A DNA stretch of 64,000 bases from Chloroflexota bacterium. GTDB taxonomy: Bacteria > Chloroflexota > Limnocylindria > P2-11E. Below, piece by piece: positions 1-8,447 of the stretch (positions are counted from its first letter, which is position 1; each line of letters opens with the position of its first letter). Below the pieces are notes generated by a model, which worked only from the letters and a program-made list of their open reading frames with translations, was not told the origin of the DNA and did not search any database. The translations under genes were made by a program, and so were the position numbers. The DNA lies in NCBI GenBank assembly GCA_005889275.1, contig VBFI01000049.1, positions 7,214-71,213 of the forward strand, written 5' to 3'.

Positions 1-1217
1 CCCACCAAAGCGTCGCACTCTTCGGTCGTGTTGTAGAGGTAGAAGCTCGCGCGGGTCGTCGCCGGGACGCCGAGCCGGGTCATGAGCGGCTGGTTGCAGT
101 GGTGCCCGGCCCGGACGCAGACGCCCTCGCGGTCGAAGATCGTCGCCACGTCGTGCGGATGGATGCCCTCGATGTTGAACGAGACGACGCCGACGCGGTC
201 CTCGAGGGTCTTCGGGCCGTAGACGGTCACCCCGGGGATGTCCTGCAGACGAGGGAGGACGTAGGACACCAGGCCGAGCTCGTGCTCGTGGATCCGCGCC
301 AGGCCGACCTCCTGCAGGTAATCCACCGCCGCGCCGAGTCCGATCGCGTCGACGTACGAGCTCGTGCCCGCTTCGAACTTCCAGGGGAGCTCGTTCCATT
401 CGGTCAGCGAGATCGTGACGCGGCTGATCATGTCGCCGCCGTAGAGGAAGGGCCGCATGTTCTCGAGCAGCGCGGTCCGCCCCCACACCCCGCCCGAGCC
501 GGGAGGCGCGAGCATCTTGTGGCCGCTGAAGACGAGGAAGTCCGCGCCGAGATCCTGGACGTCGACCGGCGTGTGCGGGACCGCCTGTGCGGCGTCGACG
601 AGGACCGTCGCGCCGGCCGCATGCGCCTCGGCGGCGATCTCCTTCACCGGATTCACCGTCCCGAGCCCGTTCGAGGTGTGCGTGATGGCGAGGAGCTTCA
701 CGCCCTTGCGCAGCTCCGCGGAGAGCTGATCGCGGCGGAGCCGACCGTCGTCGTCGATATCCACGACGGCGACCTCGGCGCCGACCTCCATGGCGAGCTG
801 CTGCCACGGCACGAAGTCGGAGTGGTGCTCGAGCACCGTGGTGACGATGCGATCGCCGCGTTTCAGGTTGTCGCGGCCCCACGCGTACGCCACGAGGTTC
901 ACACCCTCGGTCGCGTTGCGCACGAAGATGACCTCGCGCTCGCTCGGTGCGTTGATCAGCCCGGCGACCTTGGCGCGCGCCTCCTCGAATACCGCCGTCG
1001 TGCGCTCGCTGAACTCGTAGACGCCGCGATGGATGTTCGCGTTGTGCTCCTCGAACACACGCGACATCGCCTCGATGACCTGACGCGGCTTCTGGCTCGT
1101 CGCGGCGTTGTCCAGATAGACGAGCGGCTTGCCGCGCACCGTCTGGGAGAGCACCGGGAAATCGGCGCGGATCCGCGCGACGTCGAGCCGCGACTCGGCG
1201 CGGGTGGTGACCGCCAT
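1..1217 (-). CDS. sufS: Cysteine desulfurase SufS (class V aminotransferase), 3' end truncated by window edge
   Basis: Hand translation of the minus strand from the ATG at 1217-1215 gives MAVTTRAESRLDVARIRADFPVLSQTVRGKPLVYLDNAATSQKP...HHSDFVPWQQL...SGHKMLAPPGSGGVWG...RAGHHCNQPLM, a clear SufS/CsdA signature. The start overlaps the sufC stop as ATGA. The track shows no ORF because the frame runs off the window. Confidence 0.85.
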   Translation of the reverse strand, partial: MAVTTRAESRLDVARIRADFPVLSQTVRGKPLVYLDNAATSQKPRQVIEAMSRVFEEHNANIHRGVYEFSERTTAVFEEARAKVAGLINAPSEREVIFVRNATEGVNLVAYAWGRDNLKRGDRIVTTVLEHHSDFVPWQQLAMEVGAEVAVVDIDDDGRLRRDQLSAELRKGVKLLAITHTSNGLGTVNPVKEIAAEAHAAGATVLVDAAQAVPHTPVDVQDLGADFLVFSGHKMLAPPGSGGVWGRTALLENMRPFLYGGDMISRVTISLTEWNELPWKFEAGTSSYVDAIGLGAAVDYLQEVGLARIHEHELGLVSYVLPRLQDIPGVTVYGPKTLEDRVGVVSFNIEGIHPHDVATIFDREGVCVRAGHHCNQPLMTRLGVPATTRASFYLYNTTEECDALV

Positions 1218-2008
1218 CAGGCTCGTCCCGCGTAGAGCGCTTCGCGGACGAACTCGTAGCCCTTCGACTCGAGCTCGGCCGCGAGCTCGGGACCGCCGGT
1301 GCGGACGATCCGCCCGTCGACGAGGACATGGACGAAGTCCGGGTGCACGTACCGGAGGATGCGCTCGTAGTGCGTGATGAGGAGGATGCCCACGTCGGGC
1401 GAGCGCAGCGCTTCGATGCCCTCGGCGACGACCTTGAGGGCGTCGATGTCGAGCCCGGAGTCGGTCTCATCGAGGATGGCGAAGCGCGGCTGGAACATGT
1501 GCATCTGAAGGATCTCGAGGCGCTTCTTCTCGCCGCCCGAGAAGCCGTCGTTCACCGACCGCGTGATGAACGAGTCATCGATCTGGAGCAGCTTCATCTT
1601 CTCCGCGAGGAGCTTCCGGAACTGCGGGATCGGCATGTCGTTCTTCTTCATCTCGCCGGAGCCGTCGGGCGCAGGGGAGGCGCGCCGGGCGTTGATCGCG
1701 GTGCGCAGAAAGTTCGCGACGGAGACGCCCGGGATCGCCGAGGGGTATTGGAAGGCGAGGAAGACGCCTGCGCGTGCGCGCGCGTCCACCGGCAGCTTCA
1801 GGAGATCGATGCCGTCCAGAAGGACCGCGCCGCGCTCGACCTTGTACTTGGGGTGACCCATGATCGCGAGCGAGAGCGTGCTCTTCCCCGAGCCGTTCGG
1901 GCCCATGATCGCGTGAGCCTCGCCGCTGCGGACGGCGAGGTCGATGCCGTTGAGGATCGGCTTCCCCTCGACGCTCACGTGGAGGTCGCGGATCGCGAGA
2001 TCAGCCAC
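1217..2008 (-). CDS. sufC: Fe-S cluster assembly ATPase SufC
   Basis: 263 aa: MADLAIRDLHVSVEGKPILNGIDLAVRSGEAHAIMGPNGSGKSTLS...FSGGEKKRLEILQMHMFQPRFAILDETDSGLDIDAL. GTG start, 2 nt after the Rrf2 stop. Confidence 0.9.
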   Translation of the reverse strand: MADLAIRDLHVSVEGKPILNGIDLAVRSGEAHAIMGPNGSGKSTLSLAIMGHPKYKVERGAVLLDGIDLLKLPVDARARAGVFLAFQYPSAIPGVSVANFLRTAINARRASPAPDGSGEMKKNDMPIPQFRKLLAEKMKLLQIDDSFITRSVNDGFSGGEKKRLEILQMHMFQPRFAILDETDSGLDIDALKVVAEGIEALRSPDVGILLITHYERILRYVHPDFVHVLVDGRIVRTGGPELAAELESKGYEFVREALYAGRA

Positions 2009-2420
2009 CCGAGACTCCGCTGAGCGCGGCCTCGCGCGGCGCCGACCTCGCGAGCTCCGCGAGGTTCATGCCGTCGAGCGCCGCGGCGATGCTCGACTGC
2101 AGGCGAAGCCAGACCGTTCGCGTGCCGCAGCTCTGCTCGCGGACGCAGTTCAGGACGGGATCGCCCTCGGCGGTGCAGATCTGCGGCTCGATCGGACCCT
2201 CGAGCGCACGGACGATGTCGCCGGCCGTGATCTTCGCCGGATCCCTGGCGAGCAGGTAGCCGCCCCCGGCGCCGCGCTTCCCGTTCACCAGGCCCGCTCG
2301 CCGCAGCGACGCGACGAGCTGCTCGAGATACGCGAGCGGCAGATCCTCGCGCTCGGCGACGGCGTGCAGCGACACCGTCCCCTGACCCCAGTGGCGCGCG
2401 AGATCGACCATGAGGCGCAT
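2001..2420 (-). CDS. Rrf2-family transcriptional regulator with a 3-Cys motif (IscR/SufR-like)
   Basis: C-terminal 139 aa of the 344-aa track ORF: MRLMVDLARHWGQGTVSLHAVAEREDLPLAYLEQLVASLRRAGLVNGKRGAGGGYLLARDP...ICTAEGDPVLNCVREQSCGT (C-X9-C-X5-C). ATG at 2420-2418; the upstream part of the track ORF is GC-rich read-through. Confidence 0.8.
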   Translation of the reverse strand: MRLMVDLARHWGQGTVSLHAVAEREDLPLAYLEQLVASLRRAGLVNGKRGAGGGYLLARDPAKITAGDIVRALEGPIEPQICTAEGDPVLNCVREQSCGTRTVWLRLQSSIAAALDGMNLAELARSAPREAALSGVSGG

Positions 2421-2467
2421 CCCGTATTCGCCGCGGGTGGAGACGTGAAAGGCCGTGGGGGGGCCGG

Positions 2468-2492
2468 GATTTCCGAGCACTTCACTCGGAAT
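2468..2492. promoter_or_regulatory. Near-perfect palindrome ATTTCCGAG-N7-CTCGGAATT in the divergent Rrf2/yjjX intergenic region; candidate Rrf2 operator
   Basis: Read directly: atttccgag cacttca ctcggaatt (8/9 arm match). It sits about 50 bp upstream of the Rrf2 start on the minus strand and about 30 bp upstream of the plus-strand gene. Confidence 0.35.
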
Positions 2493-2523
2493 TGTACGCG
2501 CCTGACACCGGGGCGAGAAGGCC

Positions 2524-3138
2524 TTGGACCGTGATCCGTGGCCCGACCGGCGCGGGACCGAGAATCCCCGCGTGCCCCTCCTCTTCCGGCGCGCCGCGGT
2601 CGGCTCGGCCAATCCGGCGAAGATCGAAGCGGTGCGGCGCTCGCTCGCCCGCCTCGCGCCCGGGTGCACCCTCGAAGCGGTGGACGTGGCCAGCGGCGTG
2701 TCGGCGATGCCCCTCGCCGCTGACGAGCTCCGCGCCGGGGCGCTCGGGCGCGCGCGAGCGGCGCTCGAGCGCACCGACGCCGAGATCGCGTTCGGCCTCG
2801 AGGGCGGCGCCACTCTCGACGGCGAACGCGCCTGGCTTACCGGCCACGTGATCGCGCTCGCCAGGGACGGGCGGCTCGGCGAGGCGGCCTGGGGCCGGAT
2901 GCTCCTTCCGCCGGCAGCGACGTCGCGGCTGATCGCCGGCGAGGAGCTTGGGGACGTCATCGACGACCTCTTCGGCAGGAAGGAGTCGAAGCGGCAGACG
3001 GGTGCGATCGGCCTGCTGACGGAAAACGTGGTCACCCGAACCGATGCGTTCGCCGACCTCGTCGCGATGGCCTGCGCCCCGTTCCTCCATCCCGAGCTGT
3101 ATCAGCCCGGGCCGAACCGCCGCATCCGTACGATCTGA
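2524..3138 (+). CDS. Non-canonical purine NTP phosphatase (inosine/xanthosine triphosphatase, YjjX/DUF84 family)
   Basis: GSANPAKIEAVRRSL...GLEGGATLDG...TGAIGLLTENVVTRTDAFADLVAMACAPFLHPELY resembles YjjX. The true start may be an internal GTG near 2572. The 3' end overlaps the convergent ABC exporter. Confidence 0.65.
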   Translation: MDRDPWPDRRGTENPRVPLLFRRAAVGSANPAKIEAVRRSLARLAPGCTLEAVDVASGVSAMPLAADELRAGALGRARAALERTDAEIAFGLEGGATLDGERAWLTGHVIALARDGRLGEAAWGRMLLPPAATSRLIAGEELGDVIDDLFGRKESKRQTGAIGLLTENVVTRTDAFADLVAMACAPFLHPELYQPGPNRRIRTI

Positions 3139-4976
3139 CCCGCGAGCTCCGGCGCGACCTCGGGCGGGGTGGCGACGGCGGTCTCGTCCACGAAGCGGCG
3201 GGTGTACAGCCGGTGGTAGAGGCCGCTCTTCGCGAGAAGCTCGCCGTGCGTCCCGTCCTCGACGATCCGGCCCCGGTCGAGGACCAGGATCCGGTCGGCG
3301 CGCTCGACGGTCGAGAGCCGGTGGGCGATGACGATCGTCGTCCGCCCGCGCATGAGCCGGTCCAGCGCCTGCTGGACGAGGAACTCGCTCTCGTTGTCGA
3401 GCGAGCTCGTGGCCTCGTCGAGAAGGAGGATGCGCGCGTCGCGAAGGATCGCGCGAGCGATCGCGACGCGCTGCCGCTGCCCCACCGAGAGACGGACGCC
3501 ACGCTCCCCGACGATGGTCTCCAGGCCCTTCGGCGTGCGCGCGATGAACTCCGTCGCGTTCGCGGCCTGCGCCGCGGCCTCGATGTCCGCGGCGCTCGCG
3601 TCGAGCCGGCCGTAGCGGATGTTCTCGCGGATGGTGTCGCCGAAGAGGATCGGCTCCTGCGGGACGACCGCGATCTGCTCGCGGAGCGAGCGGACGGTCA
3701 CGTCGCGAACGTCGCGGCCGTCGACGCGCACGCTTCCCGCCACCGGGTCGTAGAAGCGGCCCACGAGGTTCACGAGGGTCGTCTTCCCCGCGCCGGAGGG
3801 GCCCACCAGGGCGGTCGTTTCGCTCTCGCGGAACGCGGTCGAGAGGTTCTCGAAGACGAGCGGCCCGTCCGCGTACCGGAAGGACACCTCGTCGAATTCG
3901 ATCTCGCCGCGGACCGGCCCGATCGGGAGCGCGCCCGGCCGGTCGCGCACCTCGGGTTCGGTGTCGAGGAGCGCGAAGATGCGGTCCGCCGCGCCGAACG
4001 CCTGCTGGATCCCGGTCCACTGACCCGCGAGACCGCCGACGGGCCCGGCGACCATGCCCATGTAGAGAAGGAAAGCGACGAGCTGCCCGGGGGTCAGCTC
4101 ACCCGCGGCGACCTGGTGACCTCCGTACCACAGCACCACGATCGACGACGCGAAACCGAGGAACCCGATGGCCGGGAACATGATCGAGCTGATGCGCGAC
4201 CGCTCGATGCTCTTGTCGAACATGATCATGAGCTTCTCGTGGAACCGCTTCGCCTCGTAATCCTCGCGCGTGAACGCCTGGACGACGCGCACTTCCGCGA
4301 GCGCTTCCTGGAGAACGCCGACCGCTTCGCCCTGTGCGTCCTGGGCGGCGCGGGAGATGTCGCGGATCCGCCGGCCGAGGAACTGGCCGATGACCCCGAT
4401 CGGCGGGGCGACGACGAGCGTCAGCAGCGCGAGCCGCCAGTTCATGAGGAAGATCACGGTCACGCCGCCGACGAGCGTCAGCACCTGCCCGAGGACCTGG
4501 ATGATCGTCTGGGTGACGACTCCGTGGACGAGCGTCGCGTCGCTCGTCACGTGCGACATGAGGTCGCCGGTCTTGCGCTGGTTGAAGAAGGAGAGCGAGA
4601 GCGATTGCAGGTGGGTGACGATGCCCATCCGCAGGTCGAAGATCACCTTCTCCCCGGTCCACGACATGACGAACTGGCGCACGCCGTCGATCGCCGAGCG
4701 GATCAGCAGGACGAAGATCAGGAGGACCACGAGTGAGTCGAGGATGCCCGGGTCCTTGAGGCCGAGGTCGAGCACGCGCTGCACGACCTGGGGCCAGATG
4801 AGGCCGAGGGCCGTCGAGAGCACGAGCAGGGCGGCCGCGAACGCGAGGTTCCATCGGTACGGACCGACGTACCGCAGGAGCCTGCGGTACACCGTCAGCG
4901 AGGGACGCTTCTTGTCGGCGGCCCCGCGCGGCCCCATGAAAAACATGTGCATGCCGCCGCCGCCCATTCCGATCAT
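3102..4976 (-). CDS. ABC exporter, fused permease/ATP-binding protein (MsbA/type I exporter family)
   Basis: 624 aa. Six predicted TM helices, then Walker A GPSGAGKTT, LSVGQRQRVAIARA and Walker B LLLDEATSSLD. Confidence 0.85.
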   Translation of the reverse strand: MIGMGGGGMHMFFMGPRGAADKKRPSLTVYRRLLRYVGPYRWNLAFAAALLVLSTALGLIWPQVVQRVLDLGLKDPGILDSLVVLLIFVLLIRSAIDGVRQFVMSWTGEKVIFDLRMGIVTHLQSLSLSFFNQRKTGDLMSHVTSDATLVHGVVTQTIIQVLGQVLTLVGGVTVIFLMNWRLALLTLVVAPPIGVIGQFLGRRIRDISRAAQDAQGEAVGVLQEALAEVRVVQAFTREDYEAKRFHEKLMIMFDKSIERSRISSIMFPAIGFLGFASSIVVLWYGGHQVAAGELTPGQLVAFLLYMGMVAGPVGGLAGQWTGIQQAFGAADRIFALLDTEPEVRDRPGALPIGPVRGEIEFDEVSFRYADGPLVFENLSTAFRESETTALVGPSGAGKTTLVNLVGRFYDPVAGSVRVDGRDVRDVTVRSLREQIAVVPQEPILFGDTIRENIRYGRLDASAADIEAAAQAANATEFIARTPKGLETIVGERGVRLSVGQRQRVAIARAILRDARILLLDEATSSLDNESEFLVQQALDRLMRGRTTIVIAHRLSTVERADRILVLDRGRIVEDGTHGELLAKSGLYHRLYTRRFVDETAVATPPEVAPELAGQIVRMRRFGPG

Positions 4977-5001
4977 CTGGAGTCAACGCTAGCGCATGGC
5001 C

Positions 5002-6492
5002 TCAGGGCCGAAGCCACACCGTGCCGAACGACGCGTTCGTCTCGGCGACATACCCGGCGACGCGCGCCGACGCCGCGATCGCGCGATCGACGATCAGGAG
5101 CGGCACGCGGGTCACCTCGGCGCGCGCGAGCTTCGAGACCTGCTTGTAGAGCTCGGCCCGTTTCGACGGGTCGGCCTCCATCCGCGCCTTGCGGAGCAGA
5201 CCGACGATGAGGGACGCGTCCCGCGGATCGTCGGTGCCGAACAGCGGCCAGAACACGTCGTCGGGGTCGAGCCCGACCAGCGTCGTCTCCAGCGCGAGCG
5301 CGCCCCGAACGTCGCGAAGCGCGGCCGCGTCGACGGCCCGCAGGCGCGCGATGATACCGACCTTCGCGAGGTCCGCGGCGATGGACTGCGCGATGCGCTG
5401 TGGATCGGGATACGCCATCGTCGGGAACGCCGGATACGCCAGATCGACGTTGATCGGAACGGCGATGTGGGCGTCGCTCAGGAGCCGCCGCGCGCCGGAG
5501 GGGTCCAGCGGGGCGAACTCGACCACGCTGTCGTCATAGCCGAGCGTGCCGCTCGGGATCACCTGACTCGCCGGGTGCCCAAGACCGTAGTACGGGCCCG
5601 AGAGCGCGCCCCGGTCGATCGCCATCGCCACCGCTCGGCGCGCGTCCGGCTGGTCGAACGGCGTCGCCGCGACGTCGATGCCGAGCGTGGCCGAGGCGGC
5701 GCTCGGGCGCGTGAGCAGGGCGAGGTTCGGATCGCTGCGCGCGGCGGTCGCCTGCGCGACCGGGAGCTCGAGCGCGAGGTCGACCCGTCCGGCCCGGAGC
5801 TCGGCGAAACGCGCGGCCGCGTCGCGGACCGGACGGAGCACGAGACCGTCCAGGTACGGGAGGGTCCGGCCTCCGGAGGTGCGGAGCCAGTACGCCTCGT
5901 TCCGCCGGAGGGTGATCGATCCGTCCGGCGCGAGGGCGTCGGGGGCGGCCGTGAACGGTCCCGTCCCCGACGTCCCCCGCGCGATCCCCGCCTGCGGTGC
6001 GGCAAGGTGGACGAGGAACGGACCGAACGGCGCGCGGAGCTCGAACCGCACGGTCTTGCCGTCGAGCGCGACCACCCGGCTGATCGCGGATGGCTCGTCG
6101 AAGAGCAGCCGGTATGCGCGGGTTCCGCGCCCGCGGTCGAAGCTCGCGACGACCGTCGCGGCGTCGAACGGCGTCCCGTCCGCGAAGGAGATGCCCCCGC
6201 GTAGCGCGAAGGTCCAGCTCGCGCCGTCGTTCGCCATCTGCCACGAGGACGCGAGTCCCGCGGCGACCGCGCCGGTCGCCGGATCGACCGTGACGAGGGT
6301 CTCGAAGATCTGGCGGGTCGCGACCTGCGACGCGCTGTCGGCGTTCCACGGATCCAGGACGGTGACCTCGGCGGGGATCGCGACGCGAAGCGTTCCGCCG
6401 GCCACGACCGCGGACGGCGCCGGCGTGGCGATGGAAGGCACCGCCTGGCACGCGACGAGAAGGAGCGCGAGCCCCGCCGCGACGCGGGCCAT
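5002..6492 (-). CDS. ABC transporter substrate-binding lipoprotein, family 5 (peptide/nickel), SBP1b
   Basis: 496 aa with lipobox LLLVAC. The family-5 SBP fold is inferred by eye. It is the last gene of the SBP1a/permease B1/permease C1 module. Confidence 0.8.
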   Translation of the reverse strand: MARVAAGLALLLVACQAVPSIATPAPSAVVAGGTLRVAIPAEVTVLDPWNADSASQVATRQIFETLVTVDPATGAVAAGLASSWQMANDGASWTFALRGGISFADGTPFDAATVVASFDRGRGTRAYRLLFDEPSAISRVVALDGKTVRFELRAPFGPFLVHLAAPQAGIARGTSGTGPFTAAPDALAPDGSITLRRNEAYWLRTSGGRTLPYLDGLVLRPVRDAAARFAELRAGRVDLALELPVAQATAARSDPNLALLTRPSAASATLGIDVAATPFDQPDARRAVAMAIDRGALSGPYYGLGHPASQVIPSGTLGYDDSVVEFAPLDPSGARRLLSDAHIAVPINVDLAYPAFPTMAYPDPQRIAQSIAADLAKVGIIARLRAVDAAALRDVRGALALETTLVGLDPDDVFWPLFGTDDPRDASLIVGLLRKARMEADPSKRAELYKQVSKLARAEVTRVPLLIVDRAIAASARVAGYVAETNASFGTVWLRP

Positions 6493-6497
6493 GGCGG

Positions 6498-7460
6498 CTA
6501 GCGTGATGACTTCAGGCGGGGGTCGAGCGCGTCGCGCAGGCCGTCGCCCACGAGGTACAGGCAGAGGACGGTCACGAACACCGCGATGCCCGGCGGGTAG
6601 ATGAGGTACGGAGCCTTGCCGAGGTACTGGGCCGCATTGGTGAGCATGTTCCCCCAGGACGGCGTCGGCGGCTGGATGCCGAAGCCGATGAAGGAAATCG
6701 CCGACTCCTGAAGGATGAGCTGGCCGACCTCGATCATCGTGAGCACGATCATGAGCGGCAGGATGTTCGGGAAGAGGTGCCGCAGCATGAGTCGCCCGGG
6801 CGCGCAGCCGACGGTCCGCGCCGCGAGGACGTACTCACGCTCGCGCAGCGAGATCGTCTGCCCGCGCGCGTAATTCGCGATCCCGAGCCACCCAAGCCCC
6901 CCGAGCAGGAGCGCGAAGGGGAGCGGCTGAAGGCGGAAGAGCACTCCCACGATGAGGAGCAGGTAGAGGATCGGGATGCTGTTGAGCGTCGTCACGACCC
7001 AGACCACGACGTCGTCCCACCGGCCGCGGAAGTATCCGGCCGTCAGGCCCATCGTGAGGCCGATCGCGAACGCGGTCAGCGCGCCGAAGCTGCCGATGAA
7101 GAGCGAGACCCGCGCGCCGTAGAGCAGGCGGACGACCTGGCTGCGGCCGAGCTCGTCGGTGCCGAGCCAGAGCCACGGCTGCGCTCCGCTCGGCTTCGTG
7201 TAGTTGTCGAGGATGCTCTGCTCCCCGAAGCCCTTGTGGAAGAAGTTCTCCGCGAGGAGATCGGCCGCGATCGCGACGGCCACCATCGCGACGATCACGG
7301 CGAGCGCGATCAGCGTCGTGGGGTCGTGGCGGAGGCGCCAGAGCGCATCAGACCAGAGTCCGGCGCTGGCGCGGCGCGCCTCGGCCGGGCGGAGCGACCC
7401 GACCGTCGCGGCGACCGCGTCGGCCGCCATCAGCGCACCTTCACGCGAGGGTCGACCCAC
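6498..7460 (-). CDS. Peptide/nickel ABC permease, DppC/OppC type (C1)
   Basis: ABC permease signature region ...IANYARGQTISLREREYVLAARTVG.... The more likely start is the internal Met at 7430, which overlaps the dppB1 stop by 1 nt. Confidence 0.85.
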   Translation of the reverse strand: MGRPSREGALMAADAVAATVGSLRPAEARRASAGLWSDALWRLRHDPTTLIALAVIVAMVAVAIAADLLAENFFHKGFGEQSILDNYTKPSGAQPWLWLGTDELGRSQVVRLLYGARVSLFIGSFGALTAFAIGLTMGLTAGYFRGRWDDVVVWVVTTLNSIPILYLLLIVGVLFRLQPLPFALLLGGLGWLGIANYARGQTISLREREYVLAARTVGCAPGRLMLRHLFPNILPLMIVLTMIEVGQLILQESAISFIGFGIQPPTPSWGNMLTNAAQYLGKAPYLIYPPGIAVFVTVLCLYLVGDGLRDALDPRLKSSR

Positions 7461-8389
7461 GCGTACGCGATGTCTCGCAGCAGGTACGACAGGATGAGCA
7501 GCACGCTCGAGATGAGGAAGCTCGCCTGCACGACGGGATAGTCCTTCGTGACGGCCGCGTCGAACGTGAGCCGGCCGAGACCGGGCCAGTTGAAGACCCG
7601 CTCGATGATCAGCGAGCCGTTGAAGAACACGAGGAGGATCGCGCCGAACAGCGTCACCACCGGGATGAGCGCGTTGCGCAGGATGTGCGCCGCGATCACC
7701 GATCGCTCGCGGAGGCCCTTGCTCCGGGCCGTTCGGACGTAGTCCTGCGAGATGACCTCGAGGACCTCGGTGCGGAGAATCCGCGGGAGATTCGCGATCC
7801 CGGCGATCGAGATCACCGTGACCGGCCCTACAAGATGCCAGAACCGGTCCCAGCAGAGCCCGCAGTCGACGCCGACCGCGTTCATGCTGCCGATCGGAAA
7901 GAACCGGGCCTGCACGCCGAGCGTCAGCACGAAGATGAGACCAAGCCAGAACTGCGGGATCGCGTGCCCGACGACGCTCAGCACGCGGATCGCGTGGTCT
8001 TCGATCCTCCCGCGGCGCAGCGCCGCGACGACCCCGAGCGGCACGCCGACGAGGACGGTAATGAGGAGCGCGAGCATCGAGATCTGCAGGCTGTTGGGAA
8101 TCCGCTCGGTGATGAGGTCGAGCACCGGCCGGTTGAAGTAGAAGGACTTGCCGAAGTCGAGGTGGGCGATCTGCCAGAGCCAGGCCACGAACTGGAGCGG
8201 GAGCGGCTGATCGAGGCCGAGCGAATGCCGCAGCCCCTCACGGTCCTCCGGCGTCACGTCGTACTGCCCGGCGAGCATGAGCTGCAAGGGGTCGGACGGG
8301 GATAGGCGGCCGAGCAGGAACGTGAGGAGCAGGACCCCGAAGAGCGTCGGGATCGCCTGGATGAGGCGGCGCGCGACGAAGCGACCCAG
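7430..8389 (-). CDS. Peptide/nickel ABC permease, DppB/OppB type (B1), apparent CTG start
   Basis: The track ORF (ATG at 8287) lacks TM1. Reading upstream gives LGRFVARRLIQAIPTLFGVLLLTFLLGRLSPSDP, which aligns residue for residue with the paralog B2 N-terminus MWKYVLRRLLYAIPTLLGISIIVFLVTRLAPGDP. The aligned first codon is CTG at 8389-8387, preceded by GGGGGG and a 6-nt spacer. Confidence 0.7.
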   Translation of the reverse strand: MGRFVARRLIQAIPTLFGVLLLTFLLGRLSPSDPLQLMLAGQYDVTPEDREGLRHSLGLDQPLPLQFVAWLWQIAHLDFGKSFYFNRPVLDLITERIPNSLQISMLALLITVLVGVPLGVVAALRRGRIEDHAIRVLSVVGHAIPQFWLGLIFVLTLGVQARFFPIGSMNAVGVDCGLCWDRFWHLVGPVTVISIAGIANLPRILRTEVLEVISQDYVRTARSKGLRERSVIAAHILRNALIPVVTLFGAILLVFFNGSLIIERVFNWPGLGRLTFDAAVTKDYPVVQASFLISSVLLILSYLLRDIAYAWVDPRVKVR

Positions 8390-8447
8390 AGCGTTCCCCC
8401 CTAGCTCCGCTGAGGCCCGGGCGGCCCCCGCCGCCCGAGCCTCGCGA

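Noticed and set aside
99-1235. 378-aa plus-strand ORF covering the sufS region
   Set aside because: Antisense to a clearly recognizable SufS reading frame. Arg/Asp/Val-rich low-complexity translation typical of high-GC antisense frames.
3213-4736. 507-aa plus-strand ORF
   Set aside because: Antisense to the ABC exporter. No domain features. High-GC artefact.
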